A DNA stretch of 32,000 bases from Ignicoccus hospitalis KIN4/I (lineage in GTDB: Archaea > Thermoproteota > Thermoprotei_A > Sulfolobales > Ignicoccaceae), in the NCBI RefSeq assembly GCF_000017945.1, contig NC_009776.1:1110001-1142000 (forward strand), in the 5' to 3' direction. A model generated the notes under the pieces. It did no database searches. It was given only the letters and a program-made list of their open reading frames with translations, and had not been told where the DNA came from. Shown here in pieces: positions 1 to 9,637 of the stretch (position 1 is the stretch's first letter; the number at the start of each line of letters is the position of its first letter). The position numbers and the translations under genes were made by a program.

Positions 1-78
1 ATACTGGACACCGTGAGGGGCATGAAGGGTATAGTAGGTACCCACACCCAAATAGTCCTCAAGAAGCTCGAGAAGTGA
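1..78 (+). CDS. C-terminal fragment of a probable Lrp/AsnC-family (ligand-binding domain) protein, truncated by window start
   Basis: Frame 1 reads ILDTVRGMKGIVGTHTQIVLKKLEK* from base 1 to TGA at 76-78; resembles the end of an AsnC/Lrp RAM domain. Overlaps the convergent gene by 20 nt. Confidence 0.5.
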   Translation: MLDTVRGMKGIVGTHTQIVLKKLEK

Positions 79-682
79 ACCCTCTCTCCTTCAACAACTC
101 CTCCTTAGCCTTCTCTATAGCTAGATCGAGCGCGAGCCTCTTTATCATATTTTCTAACTCAGAGGCGCTCAAGGGGCCTACGTGGAGCAGCTCTCTCCCA
201 ACGGCGTAGGCCGGCACGGCGTTGGCTCCCAAGGAGCGCAACTCTTTCAACCTCTTTTCGGAATCTACGTGAATTACTTCGAGCTCTAAGTTCGTGTACT
301 TCCTTATTAGAGGCGCCGCCTCTTTCAGCGCCTTATAGCAAGGTAAGCCCGGGTATACGTAGAGCTTGAGCTTCACCGGGTGGGGGAGCGACTCCTCGCC
401 CGTTCCCTTGGAGAGCTCCTTCAACACCTCTAGGAAACCCGGTATCAGGACGCCCTTTAAGGAGCCGTAGAACGTCACTTTACAAACCCCGTCCTTACAA
501 GCCCTCAAGTAAGGCTTCTTGGAAGGGTCTTCGGGTTCCTTCCCTTCGATTACCTTCACGCCCCTGACTTCCTTCAAGGGCGAGGCCTCTTCCAGAGGGA
601 AGGCTTCTACGACCACCTCGCCCTCCAGCTCAGTTATCTTCTTCAAACCTAAGAGTTGGAATAAGAACTCCAGCTCCTTCAA
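59..682 (-). CDS. Thioredoxin/glutaredoxin-fold protein (glutaredoxin-like)
   Basis: 207-aa ORF with a YPGLPCYKALKEAAPLIRKY active-site-like segment followed by VIHVDSEKRLKELRSLGANAVPAYAVGRELLHVGPLS, typical of a thioredoxin fold with cis-Pro. Confidence 0.7.
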   Translation of the reverse strand: MKELEFLFQLLGLKKITELEGEVVVEAFPLEEASPLKEVRGVKVIEGKEPEDPSKKPYLRACKDGVCKVTFYGSLKGVLIPGFLEVLKELSKGTGEESLPHPVKLKLYVYPGLPCYKALKEAAPLIRKYTNLELEVIHVDSEKRLKELRSLGANAVPAYAVGRELLHVGPLSASELENMIKRLALDLAIEKAKEELLKERGFTSRAS

Positions 683-775
683 ATACCGCCCCCCGCTTAC
701 CTACCGGTAAGCAAGGTTATTGAGCGCGGCCCCTATTCAACAGAGCCGCCGGGGGCGGGGCTTTAGGGTAGCGGC

Positions 776-1843
776 GTGGAGTACAAGGGGGCGAAGTACA
801 TACACCTCAAGAAGGGTAAGTGGGGCGGCAAGGGCTCAGTAATCATCTACTACAAGGGGGACGTGGGCGTAGTGCCGGGCTACCCTTCGATACAGAGGCT
901 CGTGCTTCTCTCCAAGGTCCCCCATTACTTCCCAGAGGGGGTTTCCGTGGAGGAAAAGATGAACGGGTACAACGTCAGGGTAGTCAAGGTCGGCGGAGAG
1001 GTCTTCGCCGTAACGAGGGGAGGTTACCTCTGCCCCTACACCAACGCGAGGCTCAAGAGCGTGTACGGGGAGGAGTTGAGCTCGCTGTTGGACGAGCTCC
1101 CGCCCGGGAGCTTCGTGGCCGGCGAGGTGGTGGGGACGGAGAACCCCTACGTAAGGGTAGAGTATCCAGAGGCGCCGAAGTTCGACTACTTCATCTTCGA
1201 CATCTTCGTGAGGGAGGGAGACGGGTGGAGGCAGATGCCGGTCGAGGAGAGGCACGAGCTGGTGAGGAGGCACGGGCTCCGGGGGGTTAGGCTGTTGGGG
1301 ACCTTCCGGCCCGACGAGTCTGTGAGCAAGATAAAGGAGATCGTCGACCGCTTCGACGCCGAGGGGAGGGAAGGGGTGGTGCTGAAGGACCCCTTGTACA
1401 AGAGGCCCCCCGCGAAGTACACGGGCTCCTTCACCAACATAGGGGACATAGAGCAAGGCATGAAGTACCCGTTCGACGAAGGGAAGGACTACTTATTCCC
1501 CAGGATAGTTAGGGAGATGTTCAAGGTGTTTGAAGAGGGACTGGCCGGGCGGAAGCTGGAGGAGAGGGCCCTCTGGCTTGGGCGCGCCATCTTGGCGCCG
1601 GCCGTCGAGGCGGTCAAGGCCGTCGCCGAGGGGAGGCCCCTCCACGAGGACTTCGTCCTGCGCTTCCCCACGGAGGGGGACCTAGAGGACTACTTGGACT
1701 ACGTTAGGCAGTTGGGGGTGAAGGTAACCGTGTTAGAAAAGTGGGAGGAGGGAGGCTGGGTCGTAGTTAAGGTAAGGAAGTTTAAGCGGAGCCCGGACGT
1801 TATAGAGTCCATGTTGAGGACCGGGAGGACCCCGCTAGACTAG
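776..1843 (+). CDS. ATP-dependent RNA ligase, archaeal Pab1020/Rnl3-type family
   Basis: 355 aa; nucleotidyltransferase motif I EKMNGYNVRV, motif IV-like EGVVLKDP, GEVVGTENPY; matches archaeal ATP-dependent RNA/DNA ligase family architecture. Confidence 0.8.
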   Translation: MEYKGAKYIHLKKGKWGGKGSVIIYYKGDVGVVPGYPSIQRLVLLSKVPHYFPEGVSVEEKMNGYNVRVVKVGGEVFAVTRGGYLCPYTNARLKSVYGEELSSLLDELPPGSFVAGEVVGTENPYVRVEYPEAPKFDYFIFDIFVREGDGWRQMPVEERHELVRRHGLRGVRLLGTFRPDESVSKIKEIVDRFDAEGREGVVLKDPLYKRPPAKYTGSFTNIGDIEQGMKYPFDEGKDYLFPRIVREMFKVFEEGLAGRKLEERALWLGRAILAPAVEAVKAVAEGRPLHEDFVLRFPTEGDLEDYLDYVRQLGVKVTVLEKWEEGGWVVVKVRKFKRSPDVIESMLRTGRTPLD

Positions 1844-3976
1844 GCGGGAGGTCATGCCGTTCTCCAAGAGGTCCTCGAAGTCGTCCACCGAGGCCACTTC
1901 TTTCCCATTCAAGAGCACCCTCAGCGGGCCCCCGCCCACCTTACCGACTACCGTACCTCCGGTGACCTTCAAGACCTCCTCCGCGGCTTCCGGCTTAACC
2001 GCCAACAAGTACCTAGCCCCGCTCTCGGAGAACAGCGCCTCCTCGGGCCTCTTCCAAGGCCCCTTGACCTTGTCCAACTCGAGCGTGGCCCCGAACCCCT
2101 TCGCGAGCTCCGCCACCGCCGCCGCCAAGCCCCCGACGGACACGTCGTGGACCCCCGTGACCCCGGATACCTTTATTGCCTTGAGTATCCTCTCCGCTAC
2201 CCTCGCTTCGGTAGAGGGCCTCGGGACGGGAGGCTTCCCCCTCACGAGCTTGTGGACGCTCCACAGGAACTCGCTCCCTCCCAGCTCCGGGAAGGTCTCG
2301 CCTACCAGAACCAAGAGGTCGCCCTCCTCCGCGCGGGCCCTCTTCGCGTTGTAGACGTTCTCCACCTTTCCTATCATCGTTATCATGACAGTCGGCTTTA
2401 TCTGCTTGCCAGTTACGTCGTCCTCGTTGTAGAAGCTCACCTTGCCCCCCACTATGGGTACGTCCACCTCCCGTTCCACCCAAGCCAGTCCGTCGATCAT
2501 CCTCACGAAGAACCAGAAGCGGTCGGGCCTCTCCGGGCTGCCCGCGTCCACTTGGTCCACCGCGGCCAGCGGCCTGGCCCCCGAGGCCACCACGTTCCGG
2601 TAGGCCTCCAGAAAGACGTCCGCCGCGCCCCAGAGCGGGTCCAAGAACGTGTAACGGGGGTTGGAGTCCGTAGCTACGGCTATTCCCTTAGGGGGGTCCT
2701 CCAAGAGCCTCAGTACCGCCGCGTCCCCCTCGCCGGGCTTCACCACGGTCCTTATCTGGACCTCGTGGTCGTACTGCTCGTATATCCACCTCTTAGAGGC
2801 CACGTTCGGAGAGCTCAGCACCTTTCTGATCGCGTCCCCCAGATCTACCTCGGGGAGCGGGGGGAGGAGCTCCAGCTCGAGGTGCCACTTGGGCCTCTCG
2901 TAAGGCCTGTCCAGCTCCGGGCCCTCGGCCAAGAACTTGGCCGGCAAGTCCGCCACCTTCTCGCCGTTGTAATACAAGACCACCCTCCCGGTGTCCGTGA
3001 ACTTCCCTATGACGCTGTAGGGGACGTCGTACTTTTCGAGCACCTTCTTCGCCCTCTCTAGGTCCTCCGGCCTAATTACCAACATCATCCTCTCTTGGCT
3101 CTCCGAAACTACTATTTCCCAAGCTTCCATGGGCTCGCGCAAGTGTAAAGCGTCGAGCCGCGCCTCCACCCCCAAGCCGAAGCTCGCCGCGACCTCGCTG
3201 AGGGCCGTCGCGAGCCCTCCGCCGCCCAAGTCCTTCACGAAAACCAACAGCCTCTCGTCCCTCATTTCCAATATCGAATCGATCAAGAGCTTCTCCATGA
3301 GGGGGTCGGGGACTTGTATCGCCGCGTACTCCTCCTCCACCCCCTCCTCCAAGTTCTTAGAGGCGAACGAGGAACCCAATAGGCCGTCCTTGCCCGTGTA
3401 GTTTCCGGCGATTACTATTAGGTCGCCCGGCCTAGGGGTGCCGTTTATGAGTTTGTCCTTGGGGCACACGCCCACACAAGCTACGGAGACCATCGGGTTC
3501 CTCGTGAAGTCGGGGTCGAACCAAGTCTCCCCGCCGACCGTAGGAACGCCCACCCTGTTGCCGTAGTCGGATATCCCCTTTACGACCCCCTTAACGTGCC
3601 ACTTGACCAAATTCTCGTCCAAGTCTCCGAATATTAGGTCGTCGAGGAGCGCTATAGGCTTCGCGCCGGAGCTCAGGATGTCTCTAATTATACCTCCAAC
3701 CCCCGTGGCCGCCCCGTTGTAGGGGTCCACCGCAGAGGGGTGGTTGTGGCTCTCTATTCTAAAAGCAACGTAAACCGAGCCGAAGTCCACCACCGCCGCG
3801 TCGCCGCCCTTCACGACCCACGGCGAGTCCATCTTCAGCTTCCTCAAGTGCTTCCTCGAGCTCTTGTAGGAACAGTGCTCGCTCCACTGCGCCTCGAACA
3901 TGGCGAGCTCCACTTGGTTCGGCTTCCTCCCCAGAGTCTCTTCAATGAGCTTCAGCTCCTCTTCCGTGAGCGGCAA
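1835..3976 (-). CDS. purL: Phosphoribosylformylglycinamidine synthase II
   Basis: 713 aa; FEAQWSEHCSYKSSR, FRIESHNHPSAVDPYNGAATGVGGIIRD, VGVPTVGGE, GGKVSFYNE are PurL signatures. Convergent 9-nt overlap with the RNA ligase. Confidence 0.97.
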   Translation of the reverse strand: MPLTEEELKLIEETLGRKPNQVELAMFEAQWSEHCSYKSSRKHLRKLKMDSPWVVKGGDAAVVDFGSVYVAFRIESHNHPSAVDPYNGAATGVGGIIRDILSSGAKPIALLDDLIFGDLDENLVKWHVKGVVKGISDYGNRVGVPTVGGETWFDPDFTRNPMVSVACVGVCPKDKLINGTPRPGDLIVIAGNYTGKDGLLGSSFASKNLEEGVEEEYAAIQVPDPLMEKLLIDSILEMRDERLLVFVKDLGGGGLATALSEVAASFGLGVEARLDALHLREPMEAWEIVVSESQERMMLVIRPEDLERAKKVLEKYDVPYSVIGKFTDTGRVVLYYNGEKVADLPAKFLAEGPELDRPYERPKWHLELELLPPLPEVDLGDAIRKVLSSPNVASKRWIYEQYDHEVQIRTVVKPGEGDAAVLRLLEDPPKGIAVATDSNPRYTFLDPLWGAADVFLEAYRNVVASGARPLAAVDQVDAGSPERPDRFWFFVRMIDGLAWVEREVDVPIVGGKVSFYNEDDVTGKQIKPTVMITMIGKVENVYNAKRARAEEGDLLVLVGETFPELGGSEFLWSVHKLVRGKPPVPRPSTEARVAERILKAIKVSGVTGVHDVSVGGLAAAVAELAKGFGATLELDKVKGPWKRPEEALFSESGARYLLAVKPEAAEEVLKVTGGTVVGKVGGGPLRVLLNGKEVASVDDFEDLLENGMTSRLV

Positions 3977-4016
3977 GGCGCTGCCCGTCGGGGCGGCTAA
4001 CGACGGGTTTAGACGG

Positions 4017-4874
4017 TTAGGGCGGGGTTACGCCGAAAACTTTGACGACGTTGTCTACGTTGAGCTTCCACAAGTACTCCTCGTCCACCTTGCCCTCGCG
4101 CAAGAGCTCCAGCTGGTTCTTCGCCATCTCCCACGGGTAGACCACTACTCCGGGCCTCTTCGGGTCGTCTATGTGATCGCTCTCGACCATGTAGTTGGGG
4201 GGCAAGGAAATCGCCCTCTCCAAGCTGCCCTTTACCCCAGGCACGGTCGCGACCAAGCCCTCCTCCACGGCCGCCGCCAAGCTCTTGCCCCTGGCGTGGT
4301 GCACGACCACCTTGTGCGGGGGCGCCGAGAGGCTCTCGACCCTCTTCTTTATGTCTATTGCCGTGACCTTCCCTCCCTGTTCCAAGTGTAGGTGTACCAC
4401 TGCCCCGTAGTCCTTTGCCCTCTCTATCGCGCTGTTCATTATTAGTTCTGAGATCACTACGGATACTGGGTTGGTCTTGTAGTGCTGTCTCCCTACCTCG
4501 CCTATGCCGTCCAAGAGCCCCTCTTTCAAATACTTCTCTACTATATCTAAGACCTTCAAGCCGAACTCCAACACCTTTTCGGGCTCCATCGAGCCCGCGA
4601 GTTTGTCCACGTCGGCGGGGTGGAAGCCGAACAGCGTCTTCACCTTTAAGCCGCTTTCCCTGGCCCTCCTCGCCTCTTCCAAGGTCTTCTTGAGGGTCTT
4701 CTCGTACCCGTCTAGGGTGGGCTCGAGGTCGTAGTGCCAAGGGCTGAGGCCCACCAGCGCGAGGAACCACCCTCCGGCCTCCTTGAACTTGGGCGCTATC
4801 TTAGACATCCCCAAGCCCTTGACGGGGTTAGAGTGGGTGTGGGCGTCGGCTACGGGCACCAAAGTCGCGCTCAC
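4017..4874 (-). CDS. TatD-related metal-dependent hydrolase (archaeal COG1099-like)
   Basis: 285 aa; N-terminal DAHTHS metal-binding motif, LFGFHPADVDKL, DGIGEVGRQHY, VHLHLEQGG, MVESDHIDD. Confidence 0.85.
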   Translation of the reverse strand: MSATLVPVADAHTHSNPVKGLGMSKIAPKFKEAGGWFLALVGLSPWHYDLEPTLDGYEKTLKKTLEEARRARESGLKVKTLFGFHPADVDKLAGSMEPEKVLEFGLKVLDIVEKYLKEGLLDGIGEVGRQHYKTNPVSVVISELIMNSAIERAKDYGAVVHLHLEQGGKVTAIDIKKRVESLSAPPHKVVVHHARGKSLAAAVEEGLVATVPGVKGSLERAISLPPNYMVESDHIDDPKRPGVVVYPWEMAKNQLELLREGKVDEEYLWKLNVDNVVKVFGVTPP

Positions 4875-4877
4875 CCT

Positions 4878-5579
4878 CTAAAATTCGAAGGTCACCGTCT
4901 CCCCGGGCTCCATGACCCTCACTTTGGCCAGTCCCGCTGACTCGACCTTCTGCTTGAACTCGTTGGGGTCCGCCCTTATCGGCGGGAAGGTGTTGTAGTG
5001 CATCGGGACGACCACTTCGGGCCTTAAGAGCTTCGTAGCCAACAAGGCCTGCTCTATGTCCATAGTGTAGTGCCCCCCTATGGGCAACAGAGCTACCTTA
5101 GGGGCGTAGAGCTCCCCTATGAACTGCATCTCGGCGAAGAGCCCGGTGTCGCCGGCGTGGTAGACCAAGGCCTTGCCGTCCTTGAAAATTATCGCTCCCG
5201 TGGGCACCCCCTTGTCGTAACTCGAGTGGGTGGCCGGGGTGAGGGCTATCCCCAAGCCCGGAGCCACGTCGTCCAGCTTGGCCGGGCCGCCTATGTTGGC
5301 CCCTATCCCTTGGAAGCCCTTCTGGGTTAGGTCCACGTATATCTCATGTATTGAGAAGAACTTGGCGCCCGTCCTCCTCATTATCTCTAGGGCGTCGCCT
5401 ATGTGGTCCTCGTGGGCGTGGGTTATCACGACCAAGTCGGTCTTAAAGTTCTTTAAATAGTCCTCCAGAGTGGTCTTTGAGAGCGGGTTGGTTATCCAAG
5501 GATCTATGGCAATGCCCACCCCGTCCACTTCGACGTGGAAGGCGGAGTGGCCGAAGTAGGTCAGCTTAACCGTGGTCAC
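4878..5579 (-). CDS. UPF0173-type metal-dependent hydrolase (metallo-beta-lactamase fold)
   Basis: From GTG at 5579: VKLTYFGHSAFHVEVDG...VVITHAHEDHIGDALEI...HAGDTGLFAEM...GGHYTMD. The ORF track extends to 5732 but the upstream 51 residues look non-coding and a TATA-like element (revcomp CATAAATCC, ~5610-5620) lies 35-40 nt upstream of 5579. Confidence 0.9.
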   Translation of the reverse strand: MTTVKLTYFGHSAFHVEVDGVGIAIDPWITNPLSKTTLEDYLKNFKTDLVVITHAHEDHIGDALEIMRRTGAKFFSIHEIYVDLTQKGFQGIGANIGGPAKLDDVAPGLGIALTPATHSSYDKGVPTGAIIFKDGKALVYHAGDTGLFAEMQFIGELYAPKVALLPIGGHYTMDIEQALLATKLLRPEVVVPMHYNTFPPIRADPNEFKQKVESAGLAKVRVMEPGETVTFEF

Positions 5580-5734
5580 GCCGCGGTCCCCGGCGGGTCC
5601 TCCGGGGCGCAAGGATTTATGGATGGGGGCCCGGCGATGAGCGGTCGGATTTCGGCTGAGAGGTGATGAGAACCCCGGCGCGAGCCGCCAAATCCTTTTG
5701 AGACTTTCTGAGGTCCCCCTCTTTGGGTACAAGA

Positions 5735-8700
5735 ATGGAACGCGCTCTGGCGCTCATCATAATGATGGCAGTAAGCGTGGCGGCGCTGGAAAACGTAACT
5801 CAAGCCGCCTTGGCCCACGTGGTCCCTACCAAGCCGGAGGAACTGAAGTACACTTACGCGTCCCTCGTCGCCCTAAGCCTCCAAAACTTCACCTTCTCTA
5901 GCGATTTCATAGAACGGTTGAGCAATAAGGTCGCCGAACTGACTAACGCCTCCCTAAGGCTGGGGCTTTACAGAGAAGCCGCCTACGGCCTTTTAGACCT
6001 CGCGGTGCTCGGAAAGGGCTGTAGGGAGCTGAGCGAGGGCATAAACGAAGTCCTCGAGAGGGGTGACCCCATAGCCCGTTTGGTGGCGGTAAGGGCCGCG
6101 GAGGCGGCCAAGTGCCCTTACGCCTCCCAGCTGACCGCCCCGGTAGCTAGGGAGGTCGGCGACTTCGCCTTGAAGAGGGTCGGCGTTAACAACGACGACG
6201 CCCTAGAGGCGTACCACCACTTAATTGCCTTGGGCGTGAGCTCGCCCAGGTTGGACAGGTGGATTAGGAAGCTGGCGGTGGCGGAGTACATGTTGCTGAC
6301 GAAGTTTGGAACCAAGGGCTGGAGGCTGGTACCCTCGTTGGCCTTAACCCCGGACGGGCTCGGGTGGCTGTACGACGACTTGGTCCAGAGGGGGTACCCC
6401 GAGTACAAGTACCTATCAGAGTTGGTAGAGGAGCACTTCTCCCCGACCGCGCTCATCGGGCTGAGCTTGACAGTCGCTATCAAGACCCAGCCCACTGTGA
6501 AGACTATAAGCATCATGTACTGTAACAAGCTCTTCACCGTAACCGTCACAACGGTCACCACCCAACGGATCACCTATACCACGACGCTAGTTCTGAACAA
6601 GACGTTCATTACGCCTATTACCCTAGAGAGGCCAGTACCCGTAATCGTTCCGGTAACCTTAAGGGTCGCCGGGGGCCTGGCGGCGGCAGGAGCGGACCTC
6701 CCGGAAGTACCCTTCACCACAGTTACGAACGTTACCTTTAAGTACGATGGAACTACCTTGACTACTCCGGTTACATTAACTCTGAGGGTCCCAGTAGTAA
6801 GCAAGCTCGATACGGTTTTGACCACTAGCACCCTAGTCGTAGGGAACAAGACGTACGCCGTGACCTACGGAACCGTCGAGGCTCTGAAGACCGTCACGAA
6901 GCTCATAACTGAAACGGTGAGCGTTACTTTGACCAAAACGATACTCTCCACCGTCACTGAAGTTGAGAGAGTAACGAGTACGATAACGACCACGCTTATA
7001 AATGTTGTCTACAGCACAGTCACGTCGATAGTGCCTTTAGAGAGAACAATTTCGTCTATAATAACCGTCTTGAAGACTGTTACCGAAACTACCTCGGTCC
7101 CGGTCACGCTGACGTTAACTAAGTTCATATCCGAAGTAACCACCCTGACTTCCGTAGTTCCCGTAACGGTCGCCAAGCTGCTGACCACCACTACCACCCT
7201 CGTGCGCGAGCTCGTGGTAGGCATCAGCAAGACTGCTTATATTACCTTCACGAAGACCTTAACGAACACGGTGACTGAGACTAAGTACGTTAACGTAACT
7301 GTAACCGTGACCCGCCCGGAGGTCTTGCCCACCACCCTCACGAAGCTCGTGACGCTGAAGGAAACCTTAGTGGTCCCGGTAACGAGCACCGTTACCAAAG
7401 CGTTGATCAACACGGTAACTAACGTAATCACTGTAACCTTAAAAGAGAGTAGGTTAATCCCGGTAGTAACCACGACCACCGCCACGCTCCTTGAAACTCT
7501 AACGAAGTTCGTCACGAGCGTGACTACTAGCACTTTGGTGAAGGTAACTCCAGTCACGAGCCTCAAGCCCGTACCCGTCTACTTTACCACCACTACCACC
7601 GAAAGGGTGACGGAAACCAAAGTTTACAACGTCACTTCGACCGTAAGCGTCGTAGAGACCCACACGTTAACTACAACGCTGATCAGAGAGCTCACGGCTA
7701 CTATAATGGTCCCCATTAGAGAGACCGAGGTGCTTACAAGCACCATCTTCCACACGGTAACTGAAGTGATAACTAAGACTGTAGTGATGCCGATAGCGTC
7801 TTTCATAACAAATACCGTTACGACCACTAAGACCGACACAGTAACTGAGACCGTCGAGAGGCCAGTGTTCGTGACGGTTACGGCGTTCCGGACGAGGGCT
7901 TGTAACGTCGCGCTGCTCCCGGTCAATAAGTACATTACCTCCACAACCACGTTAGTGGAGACTGTCCTCCTCACGACCACCGTTACTTTAAAGACAACGT
8001 TGACGTCGTTGATATACACGACGAAAGTTCTAACGACCACTATAACTACTGAAGTGACTAAGGCCTTTAGCGTACTCAGCTACACTACCTTGAAAACTAC
8101 GTTAACTCTAATAAAGCCCGTGACAAAGGTGCTTACCCAAACGTTGTTCAACACAGTAACGCTGACCACCACCGAGACTAAGACCGTGGTCTCGCCAGTC
8201 ACGGTTACCAGCTTAGAAACTTTGACGTCCACGGTTTACGCCCTCAAGGCTATACCAGTTATGAAGACTGAAACTGTAACCGACCTCTTAACAATAACCA
8301 AGACCTTCGAGAGGACCAGCGTTACCACGAGGACCGAACTAGTGCCGATAAAAACTACGTTGACCAGTGAGATAATTAAAACGGCGTTGGAAGCGGTGCC
8401 GGCAGTTACCACATTAACTAAGACCGTCATTGAAACTGAGACCTTAACGGCCCTGGAGAGGGTTACGGTGGAGAGGCCCCCCGTTACGTCAGTCCTCACG
8501 AAGACGCTCTTATTGACTGTGCCTAGGGTATCCCTCATAACCACTGAGGTTACAGAGACCTTGACCCGGTTAGAGACCGTTAAGGAGTACGTAACTACCA
8601 CTAAGACCCTAACGGTCACCCGGTTAGAGGAAGTGCCCGTGACGTACCGCGCAACTACAATTTTGACTATGCCACTAATGAAATACTTCACGGTTACCAA

Positions 8701-9571
8701 GACAAACTTCGTGACTACCACAGTAACAAACTTGATCTCGGTAGTCTACACGTCCATCGAGACGGTAGTTATGTCGCTCTTAAGGCCAGTAGAGGTGGTT
8801 AGCACGCTGACCCTTAGCGAGTTCTTGGTGATCGGAGAGGGCGGAAGGACGACGACTCAGACCCTAACTAAGTTGACCAATATACCTATAATGAAGTTCT
8901 TGACGTCAACCGTGTCCACAACAATACTGAGAACAGTGTCGACCACCCTAACTACCACGCTGTTGCAGTTACTTACGCTCTTCAGAACCATGACTTCCGT
9001 AACTACCGTAACGAACCTCGTGCTCTTACCCGCCACGGTAACTCAATACGTCACGCAATCCCTCTTAATACCGTTGACTAAGACCCTCGTCCAGACTACG
9101 ACCGCGATAAGGACTGTCACTAGCTTCGTGACTTCGACCAGCGTCCTAACGACGGTCCTCACCACCTACGCGACCAAGCTCCTCCACGTCCCGTTTACCG
9201 TAACTACCAGCGTGACGCTGACTATCGGGACGACCGTCTTAGTGCCGCTAACCCACCTATTGACAGTCACCACGACGCTCCTACACACAGTCACTACAGT
9301 AGAGATCGTACCGCTGAAGATCACTACCACGCTATTCAACACTATCGCTATGCCAATATTCAAGACCTACTTAAAGACGCTTACTAACTACGTAACTTAC
9401 TTACAAACGTACACTGCGTTAAGTACCGTCACTCTGACGCTCCAACAAGTTCTAGTTAACACAGTAACGACCACAATTACTAACATAGTCACTTTGGTCA
9501 GCAAAGCCTTGGTAGAAATTGTAAACGGAGTCGCTACGACCCTTTCGATACCAGTACTTATATACGGCTAA
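5735..9571 (+). CDS. Giant secreted/surface protein: signal peptide, N-terminal helical domain (~230 aa), then ~1000 aa of Thr/Val-rich degenerate repeats
   Basis: Uninterrupted ORF of about 1280 codons (5723 TTG or 5735 ATG). Starts MERALALIIMMAVSVAALENVTQAALA, then strings such as VPVTLTLTKFISEVTTLTSVVPVTVAKLLTTTTTLV; no C-terminal TM helix; ends LSIPVLIYG*. Confidence 0.9.
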   Translation: MERALALIIMMAVSVAALENVTQAALAHVVPTKPEELKYTYASLVALSLQNFTFSSDFIERLSNKVAELTNASLRLGLYREAAYGLLDLAVLGKGCRELSEGINEVLERGDPIARLVAVRAAEAAKCPYASQLTAPVAREVGDFALKRVGVNNDDALEAYHHLIALGVSSPRLDRWIRKLAVAEYMLLTKFGTKGWRLVPSLALTPDGLGWLYDDLVQRGYPEYKYLSELVEEHFSPTALIGLSLTVAIKTQPTVKTISIMYCNKLFTVTVTTVTTQRITYTTTLVLNKTFITPITLERPVPVIVPVTLRVAGGLAAAGADLPEVPFTTVTNVTFKYDGTTLTTPVTLTLRVPVVSKLDTVLTTSTLVVGNKTYAVTYGTVEALKTVTKLITETVSVTLTKTILSTVTEVERVTSTITTTLINVVYSTVTSIVPLERTISSIITVLKTVTETTSVPVTLTLTKFISEVTTLTSVVPVTVAKLLTTTTTLVRELVVGISKTAYITFTKTLTNTVTETKYVNVTVTVTRPEVLPTTLTKLVTLKETLVVPVTSTVTKALINTVTNVITVTLKESRLIPVVTTTTATLLETLTKFVTSVTTSTLVKVTPVTSLKPVPVYFTTTTTERVTETKVYNVTSTVSVVETHTLTTTLIRELTATIMVPIRETEVLTSTIFHTVTEVITKTVVMPIASFITNTVTTTKTDTVTETVERPVFVTVTAFRTRACNVALLPVNKYITSTTTLVETVLLTTTVTLKTTLTSLIYTTKVLTTTITTEVTKAFSVLSYTTLKTTLTLIKPVTKVLTQTLFNTVTLTTTETKTVVSPVTVTSLETLTSTVYALKAIPVMKTETVTDLLTITKTFERTSVTTRTELVPIKTTLTSEIIKTALEAVPAVTTLTKTVIETETLTALERVTVERPPVTSVLTKTLLLTVPRVSLITTEVTETLTRLETVKEYVTTTKTLTVTRLEEVPVTYRATTILTMPLMKYFTVTKTNFVTTTVTNLISVVYTSIETVVMSLLRPVEVVSTLTLSEFLVIGEGGRTTTQTLTKLTNIPIMKFLTSTVSTTILRTVSTTLTTTLLQLLTLFRTMTSVTTVTNLVLLPATVTQYVTQSLLIPLTKTLVQTTTAIRTVTSFVTSTSVLTTVLTTYATKLLHVPFTVTTSVTLTIGTTVLVPLTHLLTVTTTLLHTVTTVEIVPLKITTTLFNTIAMPIFKTYLKTLTNYVTYLQTYTALSTVTLTLQQVLVNTVTTTITNIVTLVSKALVEIVNGVATTLSIPVLIYG

Positions 9572-9637
9572 TTTTGGTCTATACGACTTATACATGTTTA
9601 AAACCCCCGAAGAGGTCGAAGTGTGGGTCCTCCCCAG

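Noticed and set aside
2147-3061. 304-aa plus-strand ORF antisense to purL
   Set aside because: The opposite strand has an unambiguous purL with catalytic motifs; the antisense sequence is His/Arg/Pro-rich and typical of high-GC shadow ORFs.
5580-5732. 51-residue N-terminal extension of the UPF0173 hydrolase in the ORF track
   Set aside because: The extension (MYPKRGTSESLKRIWRLAPGF...) has no homology-like character, while GTG 5579 lies ~35-40 nt from a TATA-like element and begins exactly at the conserved VKLTYFGHSAF start.
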